Origin: Bdellovibrionota bacterium
GTDB taxonomy: Bacteria; Bdellovibrionota_C; UBA2361; OMII01
Reading direction: 5' to 3'
Length of the DNA stretch: 64,000 bases
Assembly: GCA_044345405.1 (NCBI GenBank)
Contig: JBIJBE010000006.1
Span: 40,682 to 104,681, forward strand
Shown here: positions 30,101 through 39,955 of the stretch, in pieces
How positions within the stretch are numbered: the stretch's first letter is position 1
Layout: the number at the start of each line of letters is the position of its first letter
Notes under the pieces: generated by a model
What the model saw: the letters and a program-made list of their open reading frames with translations, nothing else
Databases searched by the model: none
What the model was told of the DNA's origin: nothing
Made by a program: the position numbers and the translations under genes

Positions 30101-30295
30101 CAGAACCCTATCGAGCGAAGCGCCCTGAATAGCGATAAAGCCTTGATTGACCCGCTCAAGATTCTTTCTTGCTACCTCAATTTCAAATGCCTTGACCTGC
30201 TTGAGGAGGTGCTCTGAAAAGATGACCTGAATGCAGGCAACTATTCCTACAAAGATACTACTAAGAATAGCAATAGTTTTTAGTCTGAGTCCCAT
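27179..30295 (-). CDS. Hybrid sensor histidine kinase (CHASE4-HAMP-HisKA-HATPase-REC-HPt)
   Basis: DWGHWDET (CHASE4), DEIGRL, SHELRTP, NLLANAFKFT, DTGIG, GTGLGL, DIQMP, LHSLRG. Confidence 0.93.
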   Translation of the reverse strand: MGLRLKTIAILSSIFVGIVACIQVIFSEHLLKQVKAFEIEVARKNLERVNQGFIAIQGASLDRVLDWGHWDETENFLLGKNADYIEANLTYTALEAFETEHFLFLKGDGKIHHAGELSYERKKIVPLEAQKANEIIRQKQIASFLRNPTDEGLAGLILVSGMPVFVAVSTVTDNYQSKKHSGYLIFTKTFSETLQEQIRKQSQLPLTFTATNVPDSSVKQNNGSPELVTSRAESGGMSVVGSIPGLGGNQVLSVQFSQSREIFDRAMKARSSLLWMMGFLLLVANGIVLLLLDKFLLRPLSILTRNMETISKTSDLTLLVESQGNDEIGRLAKVFNGLLKTLNASYSRLFEAKRVAQQANESKSRFIALVSHELRTPIQSVMGMLRILKKHEVSESKLAFIEMANDSVRGLNDTINEILDFAKFQAGKLPLEKRPFHLRQVLRSCLRNADTRRVSEPRPIELLYDIAPNVPDLLTGDSRRLSQVLINLLANAFKFTRAGEVELRVAIGSESNGALIPIIFTVRDTGIGISPRQLPHVFTPFYQVRAAASSALPGTGLGLTIVQQIVTQQGGTISVSSLPDEGTTFTVTIPFERGPLLNEARQSTGSITRRLALVGGASRSGRFLSASLSHYGHSVELVEPSESPKWEEQLSRVDGVVTMGDASKDIPLIKQIMSVVTDVSLPLIVVADSADILVREELTSLGVSSFIPMPASAEDIVREIDKFMVELPPGLAERRDTSAPTSRRLNVLLAEDTPTNAFILRSLLEDIGHHVEVVTNGLELLDRLRPVASGNSATSPIDLVITDIQMPLMDGDVATKRIRLIEECSGKERHLPIIAVTARALPDEVEHIKLSGVDEVLTKPVSEQDLERVIHAYMGTSSHHAGAYKPDRSIGKTLRSLVSELSLDDSPPSVDHQDVGHLIDIEELLARSGMSLQNTRRILESFLISFGDIRSVLEHSVEMGDNRATLRGLHSLRGLLLDVGARSATSIVEEREERWRGIAEHSISSDELTQLFAALDPVLSLTQRLIQELPTQTEDFLH

Positions 30296-30441
30296 ACGCC
30301 TCTATATGAGTCGTTCGGCTCATGCTGGTCTTCCCTCAATAAAAAGGCTCTCAATCGGTCGAAGGGTGGTAAGAAGATTGCGCTTTTTTGTAAGTATCTG
30401 AAATAGGAATAAGACTTCCACCTACGCTAAAGCCTCCTAAA

Positions 30442-30458
30442 CTAGTACACCCTACTTT
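30442..30458. repeat. Isolated terminal repeat of the same MITE family
   Basis: ctagtacaccctacttt, 16/17 match to the TIR. Confidence 0.6.
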
Positions 30459-30722
30459 GCAGCGACGTCATTCGCCTCTCAGAGGTGTGTCGGTAGCGGT
30501 AATTATTGCTTTGTAATTGCGGGTATCAACTCGCATCAAAAGCACCACGCACCAGGTAGGCAGCCCTACCAATCGTAGACCCGCGTCTCCTCATGGCACT
30601 CGCAAAATTAGACAATATAACCACAAATTTTGCGAGTATCTCTCAGTGACTGCCACGGGTTTCACTCAAGAGGTGGCACCTGTGCGTATGACATTCTGCG
30701 ATCGAATGAGTGTGTAGCACCT

Positions 30723-30850
30723 ATCTCCTGGTACACCCTACTTTTCAAAAGTAGGCGAAGTTGTTGATATCGCTGGGTAGCTAAAACTATTTCTGATACA
30801 CGCCGCGGCGCTCGGTCGGCTTCGATAAAGTAGGGTGTACCAGAGGATTG
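30723..30850. mobile_element. MITE/REPIN-like element, copy 2
   Basis: 116-bp core 30728-30843 with perfect 17-bp TIR ctggtacaccctacttt / aaagtagggtgtaccag. Confidence 0.75.
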
Positions 30851-31128
30851 CCCGATGATTGGGGGTAGCCTCGCCTGGGCTCCACCCTTGCGGGCTCCGC
30901 TCGGCTCACCGAATGGATAAGTCGACCTCAGGAACTACCGTTGAAATGTCCCTGCTGACCCAAACTACTCAATACCCTTTAGGAATGGGTGGTCGTTTAG
31001 TCATTGAACCCGGCTTAGTGGGTTAGTCACAAGTCAGTGTTCCTCGCAAGGGCGAATACACTTGACTAAGGCGAAAATAGCGTTTTATACTGTAAAGTAT
31101 TGGCAGCATTTAATTAGAGGAGCGATCA

Positions 31129-32067
31129 ATGATAAAAGCAAATACAATTAGGCATTTAGCGCTTTTACTTGTTTTAGTTTCCCCATTGGCAAGCGTTTCC
31201 GAAGCTCAGAATTACGAGAGACAGCGGACCACTGCGATGCGCGAAATTAGACAGTTTTTTAATAAGCAGTTCGTAGTCACAGGTAGTCCGGCTAGGTCTA
31301 TTGGGCCTGAGGCGCTCAACAATGTACCCTGGTTAGATGGCAAAAAAGTGGTTGGATGTCCTTCACAGCCATTGTCTCCAGTGACCGAATCGAAGCAGGT
31401 CATCTTCAGATCGACTCGGCCCACTCAGTGGGCAGGGGGGCTCGATGGCGTTAACGTTCCCACCAAAAATATCGACGGATCAAAAGGGGGTGGATTGGCA
31501 GTTCCTAGGAACTCGACAGCGCGTCTCGATACGCCCCTCAGCTCCCCGGAATTCGAATTCGAATTTAATGGGATTTGGGACCTCAAGCGAGGGTTGGTAG
31601 ATGCGGCCGCGGAGGAATTTGAGCGATGCTTCAACACTCTCCCCGCTGGTGACTACGATGCTGATGAGCTTGCGAGACGGTGCCCTTATCGTGAAGTTAC
31701 CCGCAACCAACAGGGTCAATCCTGCGTTGCTTCAGTCAGCGGAATTATAGGTAAACCGTTGGATGACGGGAGTGGGTATGAGGCGTCTTTCATTGAATAT
31801 ACCTTGTGTGATTTTGTTGGTGTCGAGGGATACAGCGATAACAACCCAGGATTCACCTCATGCTATTTTACTGAATACAAAGGCGTAGCTCAGATGTCCT
31901 CAAACTATTTAGCTCCGACTGAGACTCAAGTTAAGATCAGTGCGGCCAAGAAGCAGCTAGTTTCTCGGTGCGCTCAAGGTCGGGCTAAGGCAAAGCGGCG
32001 GCCAGCTAAGATCAGGTCATGTGTAGCCAGGGGCATGGCAAGAGCGATGGCCGGAGTGCGCCAGTAG
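31129..32067 (+). CDS. Secreted hypothetical protein
   Basis: Signal peptide ending SEA-Q; AGAGGAG RBS; several Cys; basic C-terminus; no family recognised. Confidence 0.7.
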   Translation: MIKANTIRHLALLLVLVSPLASVSEAQNYERQRTTAMREIRQFFNKQFVVTGSPARSIGPEALNNVPWLDGKKVVGCPSQPLSPVTESKQVIFRSTRPTQWAGGLDGVNVPTKNIDGSKGGGLAVPRNSTARLDTPLSSPEFEFEFNGIWDLKRGLVDAAAEEFERCFNTLPAGDYDADELARRCPYREVTRNQQGQSCVASVSGIIGKPLDDGSGYEASFIEYTLCDFVGVEGYSDNNPGFTSCYFTEYKGVAQMSSNYLAPTETQVKISAAKKQLVSRCAQGRAKAKRRPAKIRSCVARGMARAMAGVRQ

Positions 32068-32116
32068 GCTTAGCGGGCGATCCCGTTCCCATCGTATTGA
32101 AGGAAAATCAATAGCG

Positions 32117-32170
32117 AGCTACGGCGGGCAGGCCGCTTGCCTGTCCGCCGAAGCGTTCGCGAAGGTGGAA
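32117..32170. repeat. REP-like palindromic element (CCGAAGC...GCGAAGG type)
   Basis: ggcgggcaggc-cgctt-gcctgtccgccgaagcgttcgcgaaggtgga; related sequences at ~11104-11138, ~30416-30433, 48711-48740. Confidence 0.55.
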
Positions 32171-32320
32171 GCTCGTTAGATCGTAGGTGGAAGTCTTGCA
32201 GGCTTTCGTTTCTCAAGTCCTCGGCTAAAGTCGTTCCTTACTTGAAATTCGCCGATGGCCCCGGAGCTTGTCATATCTCGTTCGAGCGAGTACTCGATGC
32301 TATTATTTCACGGAAGCGGT

Positions 32321-33025
32321 CTACGCCATCATAGCTCGCAGCTGAGCCGCGACTCGCGGAACTCCATCGGTCGCTCGAGCCTCAACAACGTGGAAACTTT
32401 CGTCGGCGAGACCTGATGGCATCGGATCTATGAGAAACTTTGGAATATCGAACGGCACGTGGTCTACCAACGTGGCCGCCGGATACACCTCAAGGGATGT
32501 TCCCACCACGATAAGGATATCGGCTTTCTTTGCCGCGGCGATCGCGGTGTCCATCATCGGTACGGACTCTCCAAACCACACCACGTGGGGCCGCATCTGG
32601 GTGCCATCCTCTGCGCGTTGGCCCATGATGAGGTCATCCGTGCACGGATAGAGCTTCACAGAATCGTGGCATCCCCGAGACTTCAAGATCTCTCCGTGAA
32701 GATGAACGACCGCTGTACTTCCGGCTCGCTCATGTAGATCGTCGATGTTCTGGGTGATGATGGTGACTTTGAAGATATCTTCAAGTTCGCGGAGAGCTTT
32801 GTGCGCGGCGTTGGGTTGAACGGCTTGCACACTCTTGCGACGTTCGTTGTAGAACCTAAGGACGCGAGCTGGGTCACGTTTCCATCCCTCGGGAGTCGCT
32901 ACAAGAGAAACGGGCTCACCCTCCCATAGACCTCCAGGTCCACGAAAGGTATTGAGCCCGCTCTCCGCGCTTATTCCCGCTCCGGAGAATACTACAACGT
33001 GTCTATCTCGCACTAAGTGCCTCAC
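32321..33025 (-). CDS. cobB: NAD-dependent deacylase (sirtuin)
   Basis: GAGISAESG, TQNIDDLHERAG, HLHG, RPHVVWFGE, GTSLEVYPA. Confidence 0.93.
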   Translation of the reverse strand: MRHLVRDRHVVVFSGAGISAESGLNTFRGPGGLWEGEPVSLVATPEGWKRDPARVLRFYNERRKSVQAVQPNAAHKALRELEDIFKVTIITQNIDDLHERAGSTAVVHLHGEILKSRGCHDSVKLYPCTDDLIMGQRAEDGTQMRPHVVWFGESVPMMDTAIAAAKKADILIVVGTSLEVYPAATLVDHVPFDIPKFLIDPMPSGLADESFHVVEARATDGVPRVAAQLRAMMA

Positions 33026-33132
33026 TAGAACGTTCCCGTACCCGATACAGCCGGGTCGAGCATTGCTTGTCGTTCACGTGCACGTTCACGTGCACGTATG
33101 TAGTTTGACGGTGTAGCGCCTGCCAGCCCTGC

Positions 33133-34203
33133 TTATGCAAGGGTCACATCTTTACAGAGGTAGACGTCTTGGATGGCATTGAGAATCGCAACACCTTCCT
33201 TCATCGACTTCTGGAACGCCTTACGTCCAGAGATAAGTCCCATTCCACCAGCGCGTTTGTTGATAACCGCGGTCTTAACAGCATCAGCGAGGTCGTTTGA
33301 ACCCGATCCTCCGCCGGAGCTGATGAGGCCGATACGTCCCATGTAGCAGTTCGCTACCTGGTATCGAGCGAGGTCGATCGCGTGATCACTTGCGAGGTGT
33401 GTGTACATACGCTCATCGAGCTTACCGTATGACGAGCCGCCTGTGTTCAGAGCCTTGAAGCCACCGTTACTCTCTGGAAGCTTTTGTTTGATGATGTCAG
33501 CGTTGATCGTAACACCGAGGTGATTCGCTTGTCCGGTAAGGTCAGCGGAGGTCTCGTGATTCACACCAGCGACCTTGAAACCAGAGTTACGAACGTAGCA
33601 CCACAGGATCGTAGCCATTCCAAGGGAGTGAGCCTCGGAGAACGCGGCCGACACCTCTTGGATCTGACGGCCTGACTGATCCGAACCGAAGTAGATCGTC
33701 GCGCCGATAGCCGCGCATCCTTGGTTCCAGGCGTCACGAACCTTAGCGAACATGATCTCATCGCTCTTGTTCGGGTAGGTAAGCAACTCGTTGTGGTTGA
33801 TCTTCATGATGAGGGGAATCTTGTGCGCGTACTTTCGAGCGATGAGCCCCAATCCACCGAAGGTCGTAGCGACTGCGTTACATCCTCCCTCGATAGCGAG
33901 CTTGACGATGTTCTCCGGGTTGAAATACTCGGTGTTCTTCGCGAACGAAGCGCCAGCTGAGTGCTCGATACCTTGATCAACAGGAAGGATCGAGAGGTAT
34001 CCAGTCCCTTTAAGGCGACCTGTGTCGTACATGAGTTGCAGGGAGCGAAGGGTCTGTACGTTACGGTCTGAATTAATAAACACACGATCAACGTAGGTAG
34101 GCGACGGTGCCTCAAGATCCGCTGCTGGGATCGTAGTGCATTTGTGCTCAAGAAGGCTCTTCGCCTCAGAGCCGAGAAGTTCTGCGATTTGGCTGTAATT
34201 CAT
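33133..34203 (-). CDS. fbaB: Class I fructose-bisphosphate aldolase
   Basis: [41 protein letters not shown]. Confidence 0.96.
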   Translation of the reverse strand: MNYSQIAELLGSEAKSLLEHKCTTIPAADLEAPSPTYVDRVFINSDRNVQTLRSLQLMYDTGRLKGTGYLSILPVDQGIEHSAGASFAKNTEYFNPENIVKLAIEGGCNAVATTFGGLGLIARKYAHKIPLIMKINHNELLTYPNKSDEIMFAKVRDAWNQGCAAIGATIYFGSDQSGRQIQEVSAAFSEAHSLGMATILWCYVRNSGFKVAGVNHETSADLTGQANHLGVTINADIIKQKLPESNGGFKALNTGGSSYGKLDERMYTHLASDHAIDLARYQVANCYMGRIGLISSGGGSGSNDLADAVKTAVINKRAGGMGLISGRKAFQKSMKEGVAILNAIQDVYLCKDVTLA

Positions 34204-34290
34204 AAAATTCTCCCTATAGGATTGGGAAACTATAGGGGTACGGGCTCAGGGGATCAAGAGCGAGACGGGGCTAACTAACTGAAAGGACGA

Positions 34291-35157
34291 CTACACGTCG
34301 TTGAGAAGTTTCAGCGCCAATTCGGGCTGGAAGTTTGAGTTCGCGAGAATAGCGGCTCCCGCCTGCTGAAGTACGTTCAGACGGGCCATCTCAGCGGCCT
34401 CTTGCGCTACGTCCACATCGGTAATCGCGCTCTCCGCGGACTGGAAGCTCTCCCGGGCTGTGGCAAGCTGGCTAATCGTCTTCATCAAACGGCTCTCCGC
34501 TGCACCAAGGACACCCCGACTTCGGCTCACCGAGGTTATCGCTCCTTGGATGGCGTCGAGAGCAATCAGCGCCGCGGAGCGGGATTCGTTATCGGTGGCG
34601 CCGAGAATGGAGAAGGTTGGAATAGAGGAGCCGGTCGGAGCGAGCCCCATCGACGCAAGGGTCGCCTGGATACCCGAGTAGGTGATTCCGGAGAGAGACG
34701 AACCGTCAAAACCAACCTGGAAGGTTAACGCTTGCGTGGAGCTGATCAGCATCAAGCCGTTGAACTCGGTCGTGTGGGCGATGCGCTCTATCTCTTCCAT
34801 GAGCGCGGTGAACTCGGACTGCATCGCCGAGCGTTGGTCATTGCCGTTGACCCCGTTAGCGGATTGTTGCGCGAGCTCCGCGAGGCGGATGAGGACGTCG
34901 TTAATCTGTCCGACCGCTTGGTCCGCGATGCCGATGATAGAGATTCCATCATTCGCGTTTCGCTGATTGACGCTCGCGACCCGAGAGTCGGAGCGAAGCT
35001 TCATAGCAACGGCGAGGCCGGCTGCGTCATCTTTCGAGCGATTGACTCGTAAACCACTTGAGAGTCGCTCGTAAGCCTGATTCAGCCGGCCCGTCGTGAT
35101 GCTGATTTGCCGTTGGGTTCTGAGTGACGCTACGTTAAGCCCCGAACCAAAACCCAT
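34291..35157 (-). CDS. Flagellin (short, 288 aa)
   Basis: LSSGLRVNRSKDDAAGLA, RNANDGIS, DVDVAQE. Confidence 0.93.
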   Translation of the reverse strand: MGFGSGLNVASLRTQRQISITTGRLNQAYERLSSGLRVNRSKDDAAGLAVAMKLRSDSRVASVNQRNANDGISIIGIADQAVGQINDVLIRLAELAQQSANGVNGNDQRSAMQSEFTALMEEIERIAHTTEFNGLMLISSTQALTFQVGFDGSSLSGITYSGIQATLASMGLAPTGSSIPTFSILGATDNESRSAALIALDAIQGAITSVSRSRGVLGAAESRLMKTISQLATARESFQSAESAITDVDVAQEAAEMARLNVLQQAGAAILANSNFQPELALKLLNDV

Positions 35158-35176
35158 GGCGTATCAACCCTTTTTA

Positions 35177-36040
35177 TTATCGACCTAACAACTGGAGCGC
35201 TAACTGTGGAACCTGGTTAGCCTGAGCCAACACTGCGGCACCCGCCTGTTGCAAGATGTTGAGTCGTGTCAACTCGGCGGCCTCAGTCGCTACATCCACG
35301 TCGCGGATGCGGCTCTCTGCTGCCTTGAAGTTCTCACGAGCAACTTGAAGGTTGTTAATCGTTACCTCAAGTCGGTTCTCAAGAGCTCCAAGACCACCTC
35401 GCTTTTGGTTAACCGAGGTAAGAGCTACCTGAATCGCGTCAAGAGCTGAACGAGCGGCACCTTGAGCGTCAATTTCGTTGTTACCGATAATCGAGAACGT
35501 AGCTGATGAGGACCCCGTTTGAGCAAGGCCCATTCCCGCGAGTCGAACGTCCACCGAGCCGTAGGTCAGTTGCGAGGTCGAAGCACCATCGAAACCGATC
35601 TGGAAGCTGATGTCCTTCTGTCCGTCAAGGAGAGCAAGACCGTTGAACTTCGTGGTCACCGCGATACGCTCAATTTCAGACGCGAGCGCTGTGAACTCGT
35701 TCTGGAGAGCGGAACGCTGGGTGTTATCAATCACTCCGTTAGAGCTCTGCGTAGCAAGCTCAGCCATACGATTGAGTACGTTCGAGATCTGGTTTACGGC
35801 TTGGTCAGCGATAGTAATAACGGAGATACCGTCATTCGCGTTTCGCATCGCGACCGTAGCTGTCGAAGATCCCGCTTTGAGGTTCTCGGCGATCGCCAAA
35901 CCTGCTGCGTCATCACTCGCACGGTTAATTCTGAGACCGCTGCTCAATCGCTGATACGACGTGCTCAGCTTATTGGACGAGCTCTCGAGGTTACGTTGTG
36001 CCGATAAGGCCGGTAGGTTGGTTCTAATATTAATCGCCAT
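35177..36040 (-). CDS. fliC: Flagellin (short, 287 aa)
   Basis: MAINIRTN, LSSGLRINRASDDAAGLAI, SRIRDVDVATE, VLAQANQ. Confidence 0.95.
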   Translation of the reverse strand: MAINIRTNLPALSAQRNLESSSNKLSTSYQRLSSGLRINRASDDAAGLAIAENLKAGSSTATVAMRNANDGISVITIADQAVNQISNVLNRMAELATQSSNGVIDNTQRSALQNEFTALASEIERIAVTTKFNGLALLDGQKDISFQIGFDGASTSQLTYGSVDVRLAGMGLAQTGSSSATFSIIGNNEIDAQGAARSALDAIQVALTSVNQKRGGLGALENRLEVTINNLQVARENFKAAESRIRDVDVATEAAELTRLNILQQAGAAVLAQANQVPQLALQLLGR

Positions 36041-36174
36041 CGTTTATTCTCCTTGGCAGGATCATCCACACTGCGTGCGGAATAATCTGTTACTCTCCCT
36101 TAGACATTCGATCTCAGTTTTTAAAAATACGCCTCGGCAAGCTTTGCCGTTGCGCACGTTCTTCCCCAACATGA

Positions 36175-36190
36175 GCAAGAGGCTTGCCAA
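36175..36190 (-). promoter_or_regulatory. Sigma-54 promoter of the flagellin pair
   Basis: Minus strand TTGGCAAGCCTCTTGC = GG-N10-GC. Confidence 0.65.
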
Positions 36191-36303
36191 CTGGGTTGGC
36201 TCGCCGTCTCACGAGGAATAACTTCCTCGTTTCCTGATATATTTCGGGAACAACATCCCCCTTTAACCTTACGCGCTACGTCTGAGCCCATAGCGCCAAC
36301 CGG

Positions 36304-37356
36304 CTAAAAAAGCCTCTTCCCTCCCACTACGCGGGCAACATATTCACGAGTAGAGCGAGGAAGAAATGGGGCTACGTTGTCGTAGTGGGCAGGATCTTTC
36401 CCTGCCTGTTCAGTGCGGTGCTGCGCCGAGGCGACACGTCCTTCACCGGCGTTGAAAGCGGCTACAGCTAGTTGTTCCAACGATTTGTCGTCGGCCGCTG
36501 ACTTTGTGGTTCGCGCGTTAGGCAATTGTGTCGGTGTTCGGAAGATATCGTGAAGGTAGCGTAGGTAAGATGTGCCTAGTTGAATGTTGAGATCAGGATC
36601 AAAAGGGTCATAGTCCTGTTCTGTCGGCGACTCCGCCCGAGAGAGGAGGTGTTTTCCGGTTGTATCTAATAATTGGAAGAGCCCCTTGGAGTAGTGTCCA
36701 TCGGCGCTCACGGCTCTAACGTTAAATCCGGACTCCGCCTTCACCACCGCCATCGCGAGAGAGGGGTCGAGTCCTACCTTTTGGCTAGCGACGGAGAGCC
36801 GTGAGAGGATCTCCTTCTCTCCCAACTGTGGCGGCATCACCTTTGGAGCGGTTCGCTCCGCAACCTTACTTACCTCTATCTTCGATGGGGTCGGTGGCTG
36901 AAGTAAGGATACCGGGGCGGCGGTCAATTCACTGTTGGGTGAAAGAAGGCTCTGGAGGGCCATCGGCTGTCCCGGTAATAAGGACATCATCTTCGGAGGC
37001 TCAAGGGTCACGCGCCGAGCCTCTAAAAGTGTCGGAGTTTTGACACTCACGCCACCATTTTCCGACGGTATCGCCTGCGTTTCTTGAGGGCTGAGGGGAT
37101 CGAGATCCGGCATCATGAGGCCGGGATTGTCGAAGCGATAGCTCGCCTTCACCTCTTCCATAGGGGATTTCGGTAAAGCGGGCGGAGTCGCGTTAGTTTG
37201 GGCCTCTGAATTTTTCTTCGAAGATTCAACAGGTTGCGACAAGAGAGAGCCTAGACTCTTCTCAAAGCCAGCGTCATCGACCTTAGAGGTCGGCTTGAGA
37301 GACGCCTTGAGAAGCTGGTCAACTTCCTTGTATGTCGATCCAAAGTTAATTTTCAT
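36304..37356 (-). CDS. Lytic transglycosylase (SLT domain) with low-complexity N-terminus
   Basis: AVVKAESGFN, GLFQL, AAFNAGEG, STREYV; real start MKINFG at 37356 (the track's extension is translated repeat). Confidence 0.88.
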   Translation of the reverse strand: MKINFGSTYKEVDQLLKASLKPTSKVDDAGFEKSLGSLLSQPVESSKKNSEAQTNATPPALPKSPMEEVKASYRFDNPGLMMPDLDPLSPQETQAIPSENGGVSVKTPTLLEARRVTLEPPKMMSLLPGQPMALQSLLSPNSELTAAPVSLLQPPTPSKIEVSKVAERTAPKVMPPQLGEKEILSRLSVASQKVGLDPSLAMAVVKAESGFNVRAVSADGHYSKGLFQLLDTTGKHLLSRAESPTEQDYDPFDPDLNIQLGTSYLRYLHDIFRTPTQLPNARTTKSAADDKSLEQLAVAAFNAGEGRVASAQHRTEQAGKDPAHYDNVAPFLPRSTREYVARVVGGKRLF

Positions 37357-37389
37357 GAGCGGGTATCCTTTCCCTTGCTCATGGGTAAT

Positions 37390-37405
37390 GCAGCCTTTGT
37401 GCCAA
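37390..37405 (-). promoter_or_regulatory. Sigma-54 promoter of the SLT gene
   Basis: Minus strand TTGGCACAAAGGCTGC, 34 bp upstream of ATG 37356. Confidence 0.65.
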
Positions 37406-37432
37406 GGGGGGGGCGGTGGGAGGGCACGCGTT

Positions 37433-38050
37433 CCAATTATGCGACCCGTGCCCTCGGAGGGCGCGCATTCCTGCGCGCCACCTCGCTGGGTAAAGCGAAT
37501 ATCGTTCGCCAGGCGAAATATTCCGGCGGCCAGGAATGGCCGCCCTCCGATTGTGCGACCCGTGACCTCGGAGGGCGCGCATTCCTGCGCGCCACTTCGC
37601 TGAGTAGGGCGAATATCGTTCGCCATACGAAATATTCCGGCGGCCAGGAATGGCCGCCCTCCAATTATGCGACCCGTGCCCTCGGAGGGCGCGCATTCCT
37701 GCGCGCCACCTCGCTGGGTAAAGGGAATATCGTTCGCCAGGCGAAATATTCCGGCGGCCAGGAATGGCCGCCCTCCGATTATGCGACCCGTGCCCTCGGA
37801 GGGCGCGCATTCCTGCGCGCCACCTCGCTGAGTAGGGCGAATATCGTTCGCCAGGCGAAATATTCCGGCGGCCAGGAATGGCCGCCCTCCGATTGTGCGA
37901 CCCGTGCCCTCGGAGGGCGCGCATTCCTGCGCGCCACTTCGCTGAGTAGGGCGAATATCGTTCGCCAGGCGAAATATTCCGGCGGCCAGGAATGGCCGCC
38001 CTCCGATTGTGCGACCCGTGCCCTCGGAGGGCGCGCATTCCTGCGCGCCA
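37433..38050. repeat. BIME/REP-doublet tandem array, 114-bp unit x ~5.4
   Basis: gcgaccc at 37441, 37555, 37669, 37783, 37897, 38011; each unit holds GGAGGGCGCGCATTCCTGCGCGCC and inverted GGCGGCCAGGAATGGCCGCCCTCC. Confidence 0.92.
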
Positions 38051-38103
38051 TGTTACTCAGGTAAAAACGTTCGAGGTCAGCGGGGTTTCAGTGTCAGGGT
38101 CCC

Positions 38104-38817
38104 CTACCCCACCGTCGACAACCGCCAATCAATCGGCGTGACATGATGCCGCGCGAGATACGCGTTCGCTTGCGAGAAATGCTTACACCCGAGAAATCCC
38201 CGATGCGCGGAGAGGGGCGACGGATGCGGCGCGGTAAGCACGAGATGTTTCGTACGATCCACAAACTCAGCTTTCTTTTGCGCGTACGCTCCCCATAAGA
38301 GAAATACAAGGTGCTCTTTGCGAGTATTTAATTCCTCGATCACCTTCGAGGTAAACCGCTCCCACCCCTTGTTGGCGTGAGACCCCGGCTTTCCCTCTTC
38401 AACGGTGAGGACCGCGTTCAATAACAATACCCCTTGGCGAGCCCACGATTCGAGGTTTCCGTGATTGGGGCGCTCAATACCAAGATCGCTCTTCAACTCA
38501 AGAAAAATGTTCACGAGAGAGGGGGGAGGTGGCGTCGGTGGCTTAACCGAGAAACACAATCCGTGAGCCTGATTGGGACCGTGATAGGGATCCTGCCCGA
38601 TGATAACTACTTTGACCTCGGAGAAGGGCGTATACGCGAGGGCATTGAAAACATCGGTCTTCGCGGGATAGATCGTTTTCCCCGCGGCTCTCTCTCCCTC
38701 AACAAAAGCCAAGACCTGCTTGAAATAGGGCTGCTGCTTTTCAGCCGCGAGCACATCACTCCATGAGAGGTCGCCCACGCTAGCACTATCCGTATTGGGG
38801 TGTTGCCCTGTATCCAT
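38104..38817 (-). CDS. ung: Uracil-DNA glycosylase
   Basis: GQDPYH, PPSLVNI, GVLLLN, HPSPLS. Confidence 0.97.
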   Translation of the reverse strand: MDTGQHPNTDSASVGDLSWSDVLAAEKQQPYFKQVLAFVEGERAAGKTIYPAKTDVFNALAYTPFSEVKVVIIGQDPYHGPNQAHGLCFSVKPPTPPPPSLVNIFLELKSDLGIERPNHGNLESWARQGVLLLNAVLTVEEGKPGSHANKGWERFTSKVIEELNTRKEHLVFLLWGAYAQKKAEFVDRTKHLVLTAPHPSPLSAHRGFLGCKHFSQANAYLARHHVTPIDWRLSTVG

Positions 38818-38848
38818 CCTTTAATCCACGACTCAAAGCGCCAAGAAG

Positions 38849-39790
38849 CTAGTACTCCCTGGCCTCTTCAATTTCATCTAAAATCTGAAGATACGAGTTG
38901 TACCGCCATGGAGCGATATCTCCACGCTCAACCGCGTCACGCACCGCGCAACTAGGTTCTTGCAAGTGACGACAGTTAAGGAACCGACACTGTTGTCCGT
39001 ATTCGACGAATTCATCAAAAGCCGCGGCGACCCTCTCTTTCTCAAGGTGCGAGAGTCCAAAGAAACCGACTCCTGGAAAATCGATTATGATACGTCGACA
39101 GGAATCAGGGCCGTTGTAGAGGAACCCTCTCGGTTGGGAGGTGGTCTGTCGGCCCTGCCCGGTGCGCTCGCTAACCTCGCCCGTACGAGCCGCCGCCCCT
39201 GGAACTAATCGGTTTAAGATTGTGCTCTTTCCAACGCCGGAAACTCCACACAACGCCACCACATTCACATCGGGTGAGTGAATCAGGTTTTCAACGTTGG
39301 CGAAGTCCTGCCCAAATTTGGCGCTGCAGTGGACTACAGAGATCCCGATCTTGCGATAGACCTCGAGGAAGTCCGCGCTTTCGCCCCGCTCAAGATCCCA
39401 CTTATTTACCACAAGCACCGCGGGGATTTTTTGTACCCGTGCGGCGATCAGCATGCGATCGATCGTGACTGGATTTAATGTTGGGCCAACCGCCGTGATA
39501 ACGAGCAGGAGATCGATATTCGCTCCCATTCTCTTGAGCTTACCTTGGTACGAGCGGGACAACGTCTGGGTGGAGGGAACCACATCTGTGACAAACACCT
39601 TTCCGTCACGCTTCTCATACGCGACTCGATCACCGGTCACCACATCCAACGCGCGGGATGCTATGGTGCCAGAGATAATTCCTTCCGTAGTCAACAACGA
39701 AACATGTCGTCGTGAGACATCAAGGATCTGCCCGGTGGTGCCGGTATGGTGCGGTTCGGGTGATTTGGCCACAGAGGGAGGATACATCAT
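38849..39790 (-). CDS. rsgA: Ribosome small subunit-dependent GTPase A
   Basis: NKWD, GVSGVGKS, GRQTT, DFPG, CRFLNCRHLQEPSC. Confidence 0.93.
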   Translation of the reverse strand: MMYPPSVAKSPEPHHTGTTGQILDVSRRHVSLLTTEGIISGTIASRALDVVTGDRVAYEKRDGKVFVTDVVPSTQTLSRSYQGKLKRMGANIDLLLVITAVGPTLNPVTIDRMLIAARVQKIPAVLVVNKWDLERGESADFLEVYRKIGISVVHCSAKFGQDFANVENLIHSPDVNVVALCGVSGVGKSTILNRLVPGAAARTGEVSERTGQGRQTTSQPRGFLYNGPDSCRRIIIDFPGVGFFGLSHLEKERVAAAFDEFVEYGQQCRFLNCRHLQEPSCAVRDAVERGDIAPWRYNSYLQILDEIEEAREY

Positions 39791-39955
39791 GGGCGGCGGG
39801 TGTGGATACTCCTGCCTCTGATTTCACATGTGAGAACCGCCCCTAAGGGCCCACCACGATTCAGATAGTTGAGGGCTTTGCGCTTTCCTCAAAAATTTCG
39901 CTCGTAAACTCCTCTCACCGTGGTTAACTGACAGGAGGTGGAGTAAAGTACATCT

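Noticed and set aside
31023-31069. Integron attC site
   Set aside because: R boxes are not in RYYYAAC...GTTRRRY order; no integrase or cassette array.
37433-38050. CRISPR array
   Set aside because: Sequences between the palindromes are near-identical rather than unique spacers; no cas genes.
37375-38064. Repeat-protein ORFs (229 aa +, 219 aa -) and the 90-aa N-terminal extension of the SLT ORF
   Set aside because: Translations of a 114-bp REP array; a sigma-54 promoter and RBS support the start at 37356.
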